This document shows positions 27,900 through 40,734 of a stretch of 64,000 nucleotides of DNA, in pieces (positions within the stretch are counted from its first letter, which is position 1; each line of letters opens with the position of its first letter). Under the pieces are notes generated by a model. It ran no database searches, was not told where the DNA came from, and saw only the letters and a program-made list of their open reading frames with translations. The position numbers and the translations under genes were made by a program. Source of the DNA: Octopus vulgaris (taxonomy: Eukaryota). The DNA lies in contig OX597836.1 of the NCBI GenBank assembly GCA_951406725.2, positions 29,326,001-29,390,000 on the forward strand, written 5' to 3'.

Positions 27900-28205
27900 T
27901 GTGGAGTCACATGACCTAGTGGTTAGAGCAGCGGTTGAGGGATCGCGGGTTCGAATCTCAGACCGGATGATGTGTGTGTTTATGAGCGAAACACCTAATC
28001 TCCATGCGGCTCCGGCAGAAGGTAATGACGACACTTCTGCTGACTCTTTCGCTACAACTTTCTCTCACTCTTTCCTCCTGCATCTTGCAGCTCACCTTCG
28101 ATGGACCGGCGTCCCGTCCAGGTGGAGAACCTATACGCCAAGAAACCGGGAAACCGGCCCTTATGAGCCAGGCATAACTCGAGAAGGAACAAACAATAAT
28201 AATCA
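27900..28205 (+). mobile_element. tRNA-derived SINE with a similar head but a different tail (relative at 53060-53370)
   Basis: Shared head through gagcgaaacacctaa..ctcca..ggctccggca; tail gatggacyggygtcc.gtccag...gaaacc.ggaaaccgg..atgagcc. Confidence 0.8.
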
Positions 28206-28336
28206 TAATTTAATGTCTGTTTTCCATGCTGGCATGGGTTGGACTGTTTCGCAGGAGTTGGTCAGCTGGAGAGCTTCACCAGGCTCCAATTGTCTGCTTT
28301 GGCATGGTATCTATGACTGGATGTCCTTCTTAATGC

Positions 28337-28374
<38 letters not shown>

Positions 28375-28646
28375 CACATACACTCACAGACAAATGAGTG
28401 AGTCAACAAAAGAAAGCAGGGTTCAACAAATTTTGTTGGAATTATATAATTTAATAACAGGTTGACTTAGGTTCCACATTACTGCAAAGTTTCATGGAGA
28501 GGCAGGTGTGGACAGGCAGTTTTCTGTTGCGGGTTTCAAATCATGAAATTGTTTTCGGAAGTTTTAATTTGTAATGTTTAAAGTCTTTTAGATAATTTTA
28601 GCAGCTGATAATATCATTCTAATTCTCTTCATTTCATTATTTTCAG

Positions 28647-28727
28647 CGAATTGGCTATTTAGCAGCATCACAAAGTTTCCACGAAGGGACTGATGTTTTA
28701 ATGCTAACGACAAACATGATTCGAAAG
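28647..28727 (+). CDS. AP3D1: AP3D1 exon 4: RIGYLAASQSFHEGTDVLMLTTNMIRK
   Basis: ttttcag|CGA...AAG|gtagaa, 81 nt; KRIGYL adaptin motif spans the junction. Confidence 0.97.
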
Positions 28728-29789
28728 GTAGAATCAAATTTTTTAAGAATTATTTTTATTCCTTGAATATCAATGCATATATGTATATGTGTGTGTATGT
28801 ATGTATTTATATGCATATAAATACATGTATGCTTTTATTTGTATATATATATATGTATGTATTTATATGTGTATGTATTTATGTGTATATATGTATGTGT
28901 ATGTGTGCATATATGTATGTGTATGTATTTATGTGTATATATGTGTTTGTATTTGTTTATATATGTATGTATATATATATATTTATTTATGTGTGTATCT
29001 GTGTATTTATATGTGTATATAAATATATATATATATATATATACACAAACGTGTGTGTACATACATGTGTACATGTGTGTGTGTGTGTACATACAATTAG
29101 ATTTCTGTAAGTGTATAGATATGTATTGTGAGTATGTTCATACGCTCACACACACACACACACACACATGAAAAATATACATAAAAGTCGTGCTCCAGCA
29201 TGGCTGTATCTGTGATGGCTAAAAACAAAATTTTCACACACACACACACTCTCACATACACACACACACTCACACACACACATGCAGAGCAGATATGCAC
29301 ACATACACATACTTGGATACCTGCAGAGTATAGAGTACGTTGATTAAACCTGATAATAGGGATCTAGGTATACGAAAGTGTACTAATTTATTAATGGATG
29401 AAATATGCATGTCTAGTCATGTCATATTGTGTAGATGTATTGTATTGTTCATGTGTAACTTGAAAACCTTGTAAATATTTAAACAGTGAAAGGTATCATC
29501 ATCATCATTTAGTGTCCACTTTTCCATGCTTTCATGGGTTGGACGGAATTTGTTTTGAGGTAGTTTTTCTGCAATGGACTGATCATGTTGTTGCCAACCC
29601 TCAACTGTTTCTGAGCAATGTAATAACTCCTCTTGACCAGATATGGTTTCCGTGGAAGAGTGGAAATGAAGGGGACTGCTTGCATGATGGTGACATTTGT
29701 TTACAACTATCACATGAAATCAAGGCAAGGAAACAGTAACACACATGCACCCATACATACACATGTATATGTATATGTGTGTATGTATG

Positions 29790-29820
<31 letters not shown>

Positions 29821-29822
<2 letters not shown>

Positions 29823-29873
29823 CAAAACTGTCCGACGAATGGGAACGTGAAACTCCGAGTAACAGGTTTGGTT
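29821..29873 (+). ncRNA. Minimal hammerhead-like motif with CCGACGA core, in a repeat spanning 29820-29970
   Basis: aacaaaactgt CCGACGA ATG-GGAA-CGT GAAA CTCCGAG TA acaggtttggtt; related copies at 12019-12172 and 1011-1070. Confidence 0.65.
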
Positions 29874-29968
29874 GAATTGCTGCTGCTTTTAAATAAAGCA
29901 TATTACTCTACCCCTGGTATTTGAGTACTCTTTTTTCCACCTTGTTTCACATTTATGTGTTTACTCCA

Positions 29969-30007
<39 letters not shown>

Positions 30008-30307
30008 AAAAAACTCCTTTGGTCATGGATGACCATGAGATTACTCCTAGTAAGTTCCCCTCCAAGGTACAAGTCTGGGTAAATGCAGTCGCCCATGCAT
30101 ACCAGCTTCTCATCTCCACGTCACCATTGTTACCCAAGGGAAAGGAGAAGGCCGATGCAGCTTGGCACCAGTGATGTCTCATTTCTACACTGAGTGAACA
30201 TGAAATAAAATGTCTTGCTCAAGAATACAACACACAGCCTGGTCCAGGAATCGAACTCACTACCTCATGATATGTGAGCTTGAAACACTAACCTGTGAGT
30301 GATGCAC

Positions 30308-30344
<37 letters not shown>

Positions 30345-30660
30345 GATGGGTTTCTTTCAGTTTCCATCTACCAAATCCACTCTGATGGCTTCAGTTTGCC
30401 TGGAGCTATGATAGGAGACACACTTGCCCCCAAGTACCACACAATGGGACTTCCCAATGTGGTTGTTAAGCAAACTTGTTACCACACAGCCATGCCCGTG
30501 TTTTACTTGGTTCAGTGAGAAGCAAAGGGCAGCTGTGTCTACACTCCTCCACAAGCCTTCCAAGACATGTAGTTTTAAGTTTATCATTTGTTGTGAACAC
30601 TTTACTTTATACTTGTTTTTCAGATTTATTTTTCAATATCTTTTTTTCTCTCCTCTGCAG

Positions 30661-30768
30661 GATTTGAACAGCCAGAACATGTACGATTCTGGCGTTGCCT
30701 TAAATGGATTGGCTTGTTTTATATCTCAGGATCTTTCCAGAGACCTTGCAAACGACATTATGACTTTA
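30661..30768 (+). CDS. AP3D1: AP3D1 exon 5: DLNSQNMYDSGVALNGLACFISQDLSRDLANDIMTL
   Basis: ctgcag|GAT...TTA|gtaagt, 108 nt. Confidence 0.97.
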
Positions 30769-31174
30769 GTAAGTAAAAGAAAATGTTTATTGATGCTTGC
30801 AGATCATCATTATTTCATTTTACACTTTTGATTTTTTTCTCTTCTATACTTGCATTCCACATAATACAAAAACAGCCGTACCAACAATCCAACATACCTC
30901 CATCATCAGCTGTCCCTCAGATATCATTATGGTTTCAACACTTGGGCAGTACCATTCAATCTGGTGGTGTCAACAGCACTAAAAGAAGAGTTGTTTGCAA
31001 ACAAACATACCAAAAAACAAAACACAACTTTCAAACACATTTACCCGATGTACAACAGTATTCAATCTAAATATAGTCAGGATTAAACACTAACTTTAAA
31101 ATTAAACAACAACAAGAAACACATAAATTGATGTATATCTCTATTGGTGTTAATTGTAAATCTACAATAACTAA

Positions 31175-31540
31175 GGAGATGTACTTGCATAGCAAGTGAT
31201 TTGATCTGAGATCGTGTGCTGGAACGAAAACAATTGCAGCGTGGAAGGTGTTTGTAAGCTATTTAAGAAACACACAAAAGCCGTTCGATTCACTTCAACA
31301 TTTAAGTTTAATTTGTCAAAATATTTTCGTCACTATAAGACTGCGACCTGTTCACTGACAAAAATCCGTGCTGCATCATAGTGTCTTCTACTATAGCCAT
31401 AGATCCGTGATGCAGCACGGATTTTTGTCTTATAGCGACGAAAATATTTTGACAAATTAAACTTAAATGTTGAAGTGAATCGAACGGCTTTTGTGTGTTT
31501 CTTAAATGGCTTACAAACACCTTCCACGCTGCAATTGTTT
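31175..31540. mobile_element. Inverted-repeat PLE-type insertion with 12-bp target site duplication
   Basis: Arms 31228-31378 and 31408-31540 are reverse complements; TACAATAACTAA at 31163-31174 and 31540-31551. Confidence 0.8.
31312..31362 (-). ncRNA. Minimal hammerhead-like motif with G3-C8 core (GUGAACA)
   Basis: Minus strand: tttgtca GTGAACA G GTCGC-agtcttata-GTGAC GAAA ATAT TT tgacaaa. Confidence 0.7.
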
Positions 31541-31718
31541 ACAATAACTAAATTATATACTAAATAGTGACCAATCTTTAAGTCCATACAAATAATAATC
31601 CCACCAGTCTTCCATAGTTACTGCCATAATAAAAGAAAGCGTAAAATTCTCTAAAATAGTTATGTTTAATTCTTAATAAGAGCATCTATTTTCATAAATT
31701 CCTTTGTCTGTTTTCTAG

Positions 31719-31848
31719 ATGACATCGACCCGGCCTTATCTAAGGAAGAAAGCTGTCCTTATCATGTACAAAGTATTTCTTCAGTTTCCTGAAGCACTTA
31801 GACCTGCCTTCCCTCGGTTAAAAGAAAAGCTAGAGGATCCTGATCCTG
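31719..31848 (+). CDS. AP3D1: AP3D1 exon 6: MTSTRPYLRKKAVLIMYKVFLQFPEALRPAFPRLKEKLEDPDP(G)
   Basis: ttctag|ATG...CCT G|gtgagt, 130 nt. Confidence 0.97.
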
Positions 31849-32711
31849 GTGAGTAAAATTTAATACCATTTTTGTTCTTGGAAGTTTGTATCAGTAGAAC
31901 TTTCTTATGTTAGTTTTAGTGCTATACATTTTAAGACCTATCAGTTATTAGTAATTAACTTTTCTCATAATACTCTAGATCAGTGCACCCCCGCCAACCT
32001 TTTTTTTTGCACTGCAGACCAGTTTCATGCAAGACAGTTTTTTCCATGGACCAAGGTTCAAGGATCTTGCACATAACAAAGCACAATAAAGTACATAATA
32101 TGTAATTTAAACTACATCTGGTTGTGGGGCTCTGGTATAGGGGTTCCAGGGTTTTGAGGAGTATGGAACCACTTCTTACCCTCTATTATTCCCTGGTCTA
32201 TTCTGACCCAGAGCAGTAGCACCTGTTAGGGTCCCAGCGATGGGTTAACTAGCATGTCAACTAAGCTCTGCTTTACCTTCCTTTCTCAAATCCAGATGAT
32301 AAATATATATATTTCATATATCATCATCTTCATCGTTTAGTGTCTACTTTCCATGGGTTGGATGGTTTGACTGAGACTGGCAAGTCAGAGAGCTGCATCA
32401 AGTTCCAGTCTGATTTGGTGTGGTCTCTTCAGCTAGATGCCTTTCCTAACACCAACCACTCCAAGAGTATAATGGGTGCTTTTTATATGACATCGGCGTC
32501 AGCCATGACAATTTCACTTGGCTTGACAAGTTTTCTCAAGCATGGTATATCACCAAAGGTCTCGGTCACTTGTCATCACATAGTGGGACTGAGCCTAGAA
32601 CCATGTAGTTGGGAGGCAAACTTCTTACTACACAGTCACACCTGCACCATTATTCTCAAGAATTCCAGCCCCACTAGAACAGTAATTTCTGATGCCTTTT
32701 CTATATGGATT

Positions 32712-33090
32712 TTGAAGCACTCCGTCGGTTATGACGACGAGGTTTCCGGTTGATCCGATCAACGGAACAGCCTGCTTGTGAAATTAACGTCTAAGTCGCT
32801 GAGCACTCCACAGACACGTGTACCCTTAACGTAGTTCTCGGGGATATTCAGCGTGACACAGTGACAAGGCCGGCCCTTTGAAATACAGGTACAACAGAAA
32901 CAGGAAGTAAGAGTGAGAGAAAGTTGTGGTGAAAGAGTACAGCAGGGATCACCACCATCCCTGCCGGAGCCTCGTGGAGCTTTAGGTGTTTTCGCTCAAT
33001 AAACACTCACAACGTCCGGCCTGGGAATCGAAACCGCGATCCTACGACCGTGAGTCCACTGCCCTAACCACTGTGCCATTGCACCTCCAC
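32712..33090 (-). mobile_element. Full-length copy of the same SINE (head-only copy also at 36408-36521)
   Basis: TSD TCTATATGGATT at 32700-32711 and 33091-33102. Confidence 0.9.
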
Positions 33091-33262
33091 TCTATATGGA
33101 TTAGCCTGTGGATATCTGAATGAACTTCAGCTGCTGTGACTCTCACATCTGAGAGGGATTGTAATGGTCATAGTCACAGCTGTTTATCTTTACAATAAAA
33201 ATAGTCTTCTAAAATATCCACATTCACACTTTAAATGTATATATTTTTTTTTTGACTTTCAG

Positions 33263-33402
33263 GTGTCCAGTCTGCAGCTGTGAATGTGATATGTGAACTT
33301 GCACGGAAAAATCCTAAAAATTATCTTTCTCTGGCACCTCTTTTCTTCAAACTGATGACCAGTTCTACTAATAACTGGGTACTCATCAAGATAATCAAAC
33401 TG
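33263..33402 (+). CDS. AP3D1: AP3D1 exon 7: (G)VQSAAVNVICELARKNPKNYLSLAPLFFKLMTSSTNNWVLIKIIKL
   Basis: tttcag|GT GTC...CTG|gtgtgt, 140 nt. Confidence 0.97.
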
Positions 33403-35016
33403 GTGTGTAGCTTCTTTAATTTCATTTCATTCTTTTTTTTTCTCATAAACTTTACAAAGATATTTAAGAATGTCTTTCTTAAGCTGCTAACCATTTTAAT
33501 CCTTAAGCGTTCACATTACTCTGTCAAACGTAATGCTTATTGATTCACATTGATATGAATTAGACACGCATTACCATGTGGTTCTGAGATTTCAATGACA
33601 TGATTGTTGGTTGTTAGAAAAACATTGTAGGGTAAGTGTTAGAGGCCAGATCTGGCCGGTTTGAAGATAAAACAGGTGGATTCTTATGCTAAAAGGTTAA
33701 ATAATATTTTTATTTTTCACGCTAACCTTTTAGTTTTCAGATCACTTTATCAAAATTTTAAGGCCTTGTGTCTATTTTTGAAATCATTAAGAGTCAGGAA
33801 GAAAAGAGCTTGTAGAGTTTAGATATGTTTATATACTTGTTTATGGAAGAGGAAATCATCTGAGAGAGAGAAATTTTATCAACTCAGAAAAATAATTACT
33901 TTCCCCTCAAGTCAAAGTTTGTCTCAAAATATCAGATTCTTTCTCTCTGTATGATTTACAATCCTAATTAAACCTACAATCTTTACTGTATAATTTCTGT
34001 CAACACAGACCAGTGCTAACTCTCTCAGACTCCAGGAAGGGTGGTGGTGTATATTTTGTAGTGCACCCCAACTCGCTCCTGTGCCAATGACACGTAAAAA
34101 GTACCATCCGAACATAGTCAATGCCAATGCTGCCTGAATGGCTCTCATGCTGGTGGTATGTAAAAAGCACCCACTACACTCTCAGAGTGGTTGGCATTAG
34201 GAAGGACATCCAACTGTAGAAACCATGCCAGACCAGATTGGAGCCTGGTGCAGCCTACTGGCTTGCCAGTCCTCAGTCAAACTGTCCAACCCATACCAGC
34301 ATGGACAACGGACGTTAAACGATGATAATGATTCAAAGGAATACACTGGAAATGCCTATCACCTTTACGAGTCTTCCCAGGGTTGTGACTTTAATCCAGT
34401 TGATGTTTCTGCTTGAGCATTTGTAAGCCAGCATCTGTAGACACAAAGTGGACAATGAGTGAATTTCAGAAGGTTACAGTTCTGAGGAGAAAGAGTTATT
34501 GTCATCTCCACATTGATCCAATTAAGTGGCCTTGCTGGACAGCAGTGATCCTGTGGGTGGGCTTTTCAAAACCCTTTGCTTCCTGAAATGAAGTATGAGT
34601 TAAAAACTGGCAGAGAGAGAAATGGAGAAAAAGATATGTACCAGCTGACAGGGCCAGCTAGTGAGGATTTTAAATCTTTAACCCCTTAGCATTTAAGTCA
34701 ACCATATCCAGCCTAATATTTTTTTTGTTTTATGCTCAAACTGGTCAGATTCAGCTTCTCACACCTACCTTACAATTACATCGTTGAAATCTCAAAGCTA
34801 TGAGATAGTGTGTGATTAATTCAAAACTAAGCAATTAAATAAGCATTTCCTTTGACAATAATCTGAGTGCTAAAGGGGTTAAACTATGGATTTAGGTCAA
34901 CCTGATAAATCTTTGCTAGGAAACCTTTTCCATTGTTCTCTGATAATCACTGTTTCTTTTTAACAAAAGATTGCTATTATATTATAGAATTGTGTGTGTG
35001 TGTATATATATATATA

Positions 35017-35048
<32 letters not shown>

Positions 35049-35115
35049 ACATTTTTCTGTTTATATTATTGTTAGTACAGTATGGTAAATATATTTATTA
35101 CATATTTCTGTTTAG

Positions 35116-35189
35116 TTTGGTGCTCTCACTCCACTTGAACCTCGACTTGGAAAAAAATTGATTGAACCACTCACAAATTTAATTCACAG
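35116..35189 (+). CDS. AP3D1: AP3D1 exon 8: FGALTPLEPRLGKKLIEPLTNLIH(S)
   Basis: gtttag|TTT...CAC AG|gtaaga, 74 nt. Confidence 0.97.
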
Positions 35190-35553
35190 GTAAGAAATAA
35201 TAATAATAATAATTCAGCATTACTTGGAACTGCATACATATTGCATAAAGTACTGTCTGTGTGAGGTCCTTGTGACTTGGCAAACAGTACAAAACCCCGG
35301 TAGGCACAATATATTCAATCAACAACCTCACGATATTGTATACTGTGCAACGTCAACAATAATAATAATAATAATAATAATAATTCCACATGGCACCAGT
35401 ACATGTGGTTTTCCACATGACACTGGCACAGGTGCTCTTTAAGAGTAAAACATGAATGACCTTTTGATCTTCCTCTATGATTTTTTTTTTTTTCTCATTT
35501 TCAAAATCCTTAAGTCAGTCCCACATACAAAATCTTTTTGTTTTTCATTTCAG

Positions 35554-35603
35554 CACATCAGCAATGTCCTTACTTTATGAGTGCATTAATACGGTGATAG
35601 CAG
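35554..35603 (+). CDS. AP3D1: AP3D1 exon 9: (S)TSAMSLLYECINTVIA(V)
   Basis: tttcag|C ACA...GCA G|gtaggc, 50 nt. Confidence 0.96.
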
Positions 35604-37093
35604 GTAGGCCTCTTGAAAATAACCTAAACACTACTTGAATTTTAATTAACATGTACAATTGTTTGAAAAAAAAAATTGTTTAATTATGAAAAGAAGTAAA
35701 CAGTATATTAATTAATGTTTTAGTATTTTCATGCTAAATCTTTACTGTGGTACAAAAATCATTTTTATCTCACATGTTTTATCTTGTTTTTATTTTTTGC
35801 CTTGTTAGTTGCTTTTATTATATGGATATATGCTATTTCCTTTCATCCTATCAACATGTTTTACTTCAATGCCTGTAACTTATTTGTATTTCATGGCTGT
35901 GCATCTATGAATCTTGCATTTCAGCACTTCTATATCTAATGATCTTGAAATCCTAACTCTTTTTTTTTAGTGTAGAAAATGTTTTATTCTGTTTCGACAC
36001 ACCTTTTTACCTTCCAACTTTAGATACTCAAAGTATACCTTTCTTTTCTTCCAATAAAATCTATAAATAAAACCAAGAACTCGGCATCCCTATATTCCCA
36101 CTTTGATTGTTATTCTGATTAAAATTCATGAATTTTCTAATTTAATAAGTAACTTCATTATTTTGTGCTTATACACACATGTATACAAAATGTACACATA
36201 CTTGAGTTGACAAGAGAGCCTTTACATAATCACTCGGCCTGTTAAACATAGCAGTCACAAGCATTCACATCTTAAAAGGGAAGGACATTGTGTTGTAATC
36301 CTAAATGCCTTTGAACAGATGGAATGTTTGTTCATTATAGCTTTGTTTGCTCATATATAGAGTTGAGCTAGAGCTAAACCACAATGTAGACACAGGCTCA
36401 TACAAATGGAGCTTTAGGTGTTTTCGCTCAATAAACACTCACAACGCCCAGTCTGGGAATCGAAACCGCGATCCTACAACCGCGAGTCCGCTGCCCTAAC
36501 CACTGGGCCATTGCGCCTCCATACATACATATATATATATATAAGAATTAGAAACTACTTCAACCCTAATTTTCAGAAGCATGTTTTACTCGTCCTTCTA
36601 AACTCACCTGCTGTCTCTGCATCTCTGCCACTCTCTGATCTGAACTTCTTCAACTAGCTGTTGTAGTGTTCAGCTATCTCTTGTCTTCTCTCTCAACTCT
36701 GTTCCCTCTGAAGTCATCCTCCTCTGTGACTTCAGTATACACAACTTATTTTCACTCCTGCACTCCTCTCATAGTGACCACTAGTGCAGAGACGAAATTG
36801 TTTTCTATCCTGAATTGACTGTGCTAACTCTAGTATTCTCATATAGCTGAATCCCTAACCAATACACCAACTCTCTCCAGTCACTCCTATTCTCTTCTTT
36901 CGTTACAGATAAATGATCTAAAAAAAAAGATTCTAAACTTATTAAAATGGCTCGGACATTTTCACCTTTATATACCATATATTTTTTATTTCATATTATT
37001 CCTTTCTGTTTTCTCTGTTGTTTCCTGTATACAATCTCTGTCATTGAATCAGATTCTGATGTGAAAATAATTCTTCTTTCCTCTTACTTACAG

Positions 37094-37143
37094 TACTTAT
37101 TTCTATATCTACAGGCGTCCCTAATCACTCAGCATCCATACAG
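37094..37143 (+). CDS. AP3D1: AP3D1 exon 10: (V)LISISTGVPNHSASIQ
   Basis: ttacag|TA CTT...CAG|gtacca, 50 nt; matches the vertebrate VLISLSSGMPNHSASIQ segment. Confidence 0.95.
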
Positions 37144-37343
37144 GTACCAGATATTTCAAATTTTGTTATATTCTTGCAGTATTCTGTTTCCTTGTTTTAA
37201 ATATACTATTTTTTTTAGCTGTTCCCCAGCAGTTATTTCTTGAAATTTGCATTACCATTTACTAATAACTCTACTAACTTAATAATTTCAAATTTCTTTA
37301 AAATTTAAAAAAAAAAGAAATTTCTAGAGATTATCGTATATAG

Positions 37344-37676
37344 CAGTGGTCCCCAACCTTTTTTCTACTACAGACTGGTTTCATACAAGACAATCTTTTT
37401 CCACAGATGCGTATCACAGAACTCAATTAATTGCATAATATCATTTAATTAGTACATATATAATACATATACCATGCATATATAATGCAAAACCAACATA
37501 CAGACTGTGATAGTCAGTAAAACAGGAATAACATTTTTAAAATTTATTCTTTCTGTGCAGGCCAGTACCAAATGATCCCATGGCCTGGTACTGGCCCACA
37601 GCCTAGTATTGGCTCACAGCCTGGTACTCATCCCACAGCCTGGTACTGGCCTGCAGGCTGTGGTTGGGGGCCCCTG
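37344..37676. mobile_element. hAT-type MITE
   Basis: Termini cagtggtccccaacc / ggttgggggcccctg; partial relatives at 31981-32115, 18290-19022, 58370-58845. Confidence 0.72.
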
Positions 37677-38044
37677 ATATATTGATTAATATTAAATAAT
37701 CACTATGAAGTGGTATTAATTATTTTTATTTTAATTATATCTTTTTATTATTTTTTTTTTCATATTTATATCTTTTTCTAAATGGTTTGAAATCATTTCA
37801 TATCTAATCTCTTATTTACTTCATATACACTAAACGATATAGGCATTGGCCTGTCTATGTGGGTAAGAAGTTTGCTTTTCAGTTATGTGGTTCCAGGGCC
37901 AGTGTCACCATGCAGAACTGTTAGTTAGTGTCTTCTACTATAGCCTCAGACTAAGTGCTTATGCTCTTGAGATGGGGATAAAACATTACCTCATTTGAAA
38001 ACAGCTGAGTGTTAGCACCAGGAAGGGCATCCCTCAGAAAACCT

Positions 38045-38270
38045 CTTCCATAGGAGCCTATCAGAAACAACTATCATTACACTTTCCTGCTGGATTCCCA
38101 AGTATGACCAACTGAGTTTATGAGTATTACCCAACCATCTTGTTGTTGGTCTATCCACTAGGTTGCCTGCTGATTGGGTTTACTTGAAGAACCTATCTTG
38201 TGATTCTTTCCTGCAACATTCTAACCTCGTGTCCAAAGTACTTGAGCTGTAACCTATTAAATTCTTTTCC
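38045..38270 (-). mobile_element. Decayed RTE-type LINE 3' fragment (related piece at about 26270-26400)
   Basis: Minus strand reads RLQLKYFGHEVRMLQERITR*VLQ; sequence shared with 26325-26390. Confidence 0.6.
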
Positions 38271-39711
38271 ATGGATTTGGTCTACCTGAGGTTAGAACTA
38301 CAAGACACAAACCCCAAGGTTCTCTGCAATAAGATTGAAACTGGAAACACTTGATTGTGAAGTGTACTTCTCACCCACACAACAATGCCTGTGTCTACAT
38401 AAAGATGTGGTTCAAAACATTGCCTTTTGTACATACAGAATCGATAAAATAAGTACCAGTCAAGTACTGTTGTTGCTATAAACCTGTCTTTTATTCAGTA
38501 CTTAGTCAATTATTTGACATGTAAATAGTTGTTATATAGGATTGTTATGAGAGAAAAAGGATCTGTGATGTATGTTTTGAGCTAGAAACATGTTTCAAAA
38601 TAACCTTGTATGGGTGACTGGTTCAGTCATAATTTCAAGTTTGCGGTTGTATGAATGCATGTGACTGCATATATATAGTTCAAATTTACAAAAAAAAATG
38701 AAGTCAGGTGTAGAAACAACAAGCAGATGTATTAGTTTAATGCTTGGTAAAATTGGAAAAGTCTTTTACATTTTGAGCCTACATTCTTAGACAGAAAGAA
38801 ATAAGAGGAAAAAATGGAGAGAGAAAAACTGTGTAGAGTTCAGCAGTGCCATATGGTGAGATGTCTAGAAATGAAGAGGTTGAATGAAAGGGAGATAATA
38901 ATGGTAATCCAATGAGCTAAGGTGTGCAAGTGTGTGAATGGAGGTGAGTGTGAATGGGGATGAGTGAGTCTGTGTGTGTGTTGTGTGTAGAAGTTGTGTG
39001 TGCACGTGTGTATGTATGTGTCTCTGACCAAATAGTGTGCGTATGTATAGTGTATATTTGTGGGCAGAAGTTATCTTTGTCTATTCATGTTGAGTGTGTG
39101 TATATATTGTCTGTGTTCAGGTATTTTGTGCTTGTGTGGGTGTATATATTGTCTGTGTGCATGAGGGTGTGTGGTGTGTGTACTGAATTAAACTCTGTGT
39201 GGCTGCTCATGTAGTGGTATGTGTGGTGACACTATTGGTACTAGTGTGTGATATAGTAATAATAATAATAATAATCCATGGATGGAAGTTCATTATGAAA
39301 TTCCATCTGTAGATTATTATTATTATTATATTTATTATATGTTATATTATATCAGCACAGCTCGGTACTATCCCTTAAAATAGCTGTTGTAAGTTGGAAT
39401 TACTAGATGGTCGTTGGAATAATAGCACAGGAGCTTATATGTGCATACTCGGAAATGTTTCCTGTAAACAAACTTAAAATATATACATATATATATATAT
39501 ATATGTAAAATGGAAATTGTAGTTGTGATACCCATGCCGGTGGCACGTAAAAAGCACCCACTACACTCACAGAGTGGTTGACGTTAGGAAGGACATCCAG
39601 CTGTAGAAATACTGCCAGATCAGACTGGAGCCTGGTGCAGCCTCTTGGCTTCCCAGACCCCGGTCATACTGTCCAACCCATTCTTGCATGGAAAATGGAC
39701 GTTAAACGATG

Positions 39712-39742
<31 letters not shown>

Positions 39743-40734
39743 TGTGTGGTTGTGTGTGTATCAAAACTAAATAATCCGTGGCCTGGTGCTGGTCAACAGT
39801 CCTGTTTTGTTGGGGATCCCTGGACTAGGGTATTGTTTGCTTTCTTTAAAATATATCTTTATGCATAACTGGAAACAGCAGGCATGGTATGACATGCGAG
39901 CATGTAATAAAGATAGAATGAATTCACAGATACTAGTTGTCACTCTTGCTACCAGAATTATAGTAATGACTCAATAATTGCTTTTTGGGACCCTGTAACC
40001 GACAATACTTACTTATTTGCAAATGCATGTATGAAAAAGAAAACTAATGTAAACATATTTTTATGACATATATTATATTTCTTACTCATTTTATTGTTAA
40101 TATTTGAATACTGCAATATAATCATATAATCATCATCAGCAGCAGCAGCAGTGTTTAACATCCGCCTTCCATGCTGTCATGCGTTGCATTGTTTGACAGG
40201 AGCTGGCAAGCCAGACGACTGCACCAAGCTCTAATGTCTGCTTTGGCATGGTTTCTGCAGCTTGATACCCTTCATAACAAGAAAAATTGTTTAGGGAAAT
40301 AGTTTACAGATATAAGCAAAGGAATATTTTCATCTGTGGTTATTTAACATTTTTTTTTAATTTGAAAAATGTAATCCTCTTTATGATTCATGGACTTTTT
40401 AATTAATTGAAAAGCGCAAGTGTAAGGCAATGCATAGATCTCAACCTGTTTAGCATTCAGATTACTCTGTCAAATGTCAAGCTTATTTATTCATGTTGTT
40501 TTGAATTTATTAGGTAGCTTTGAGATTTCAAAGATGTGATTATTTATCTTTAGAATTACATTGTAGGTTAGGTGTGAAAGGTTAGATCTGATGAGCTTGT
40601 ACATAAAGCAGATAGAATATTTTGGCCAGATATGGCTGGTTTAAATGCTGCACATGTCTGAAGATCGATTATATTGTATGGAAGTGGATTATCAAAACTA
40701 TTACGGTATCATACAAAGTGCTTTACAATAGTTG

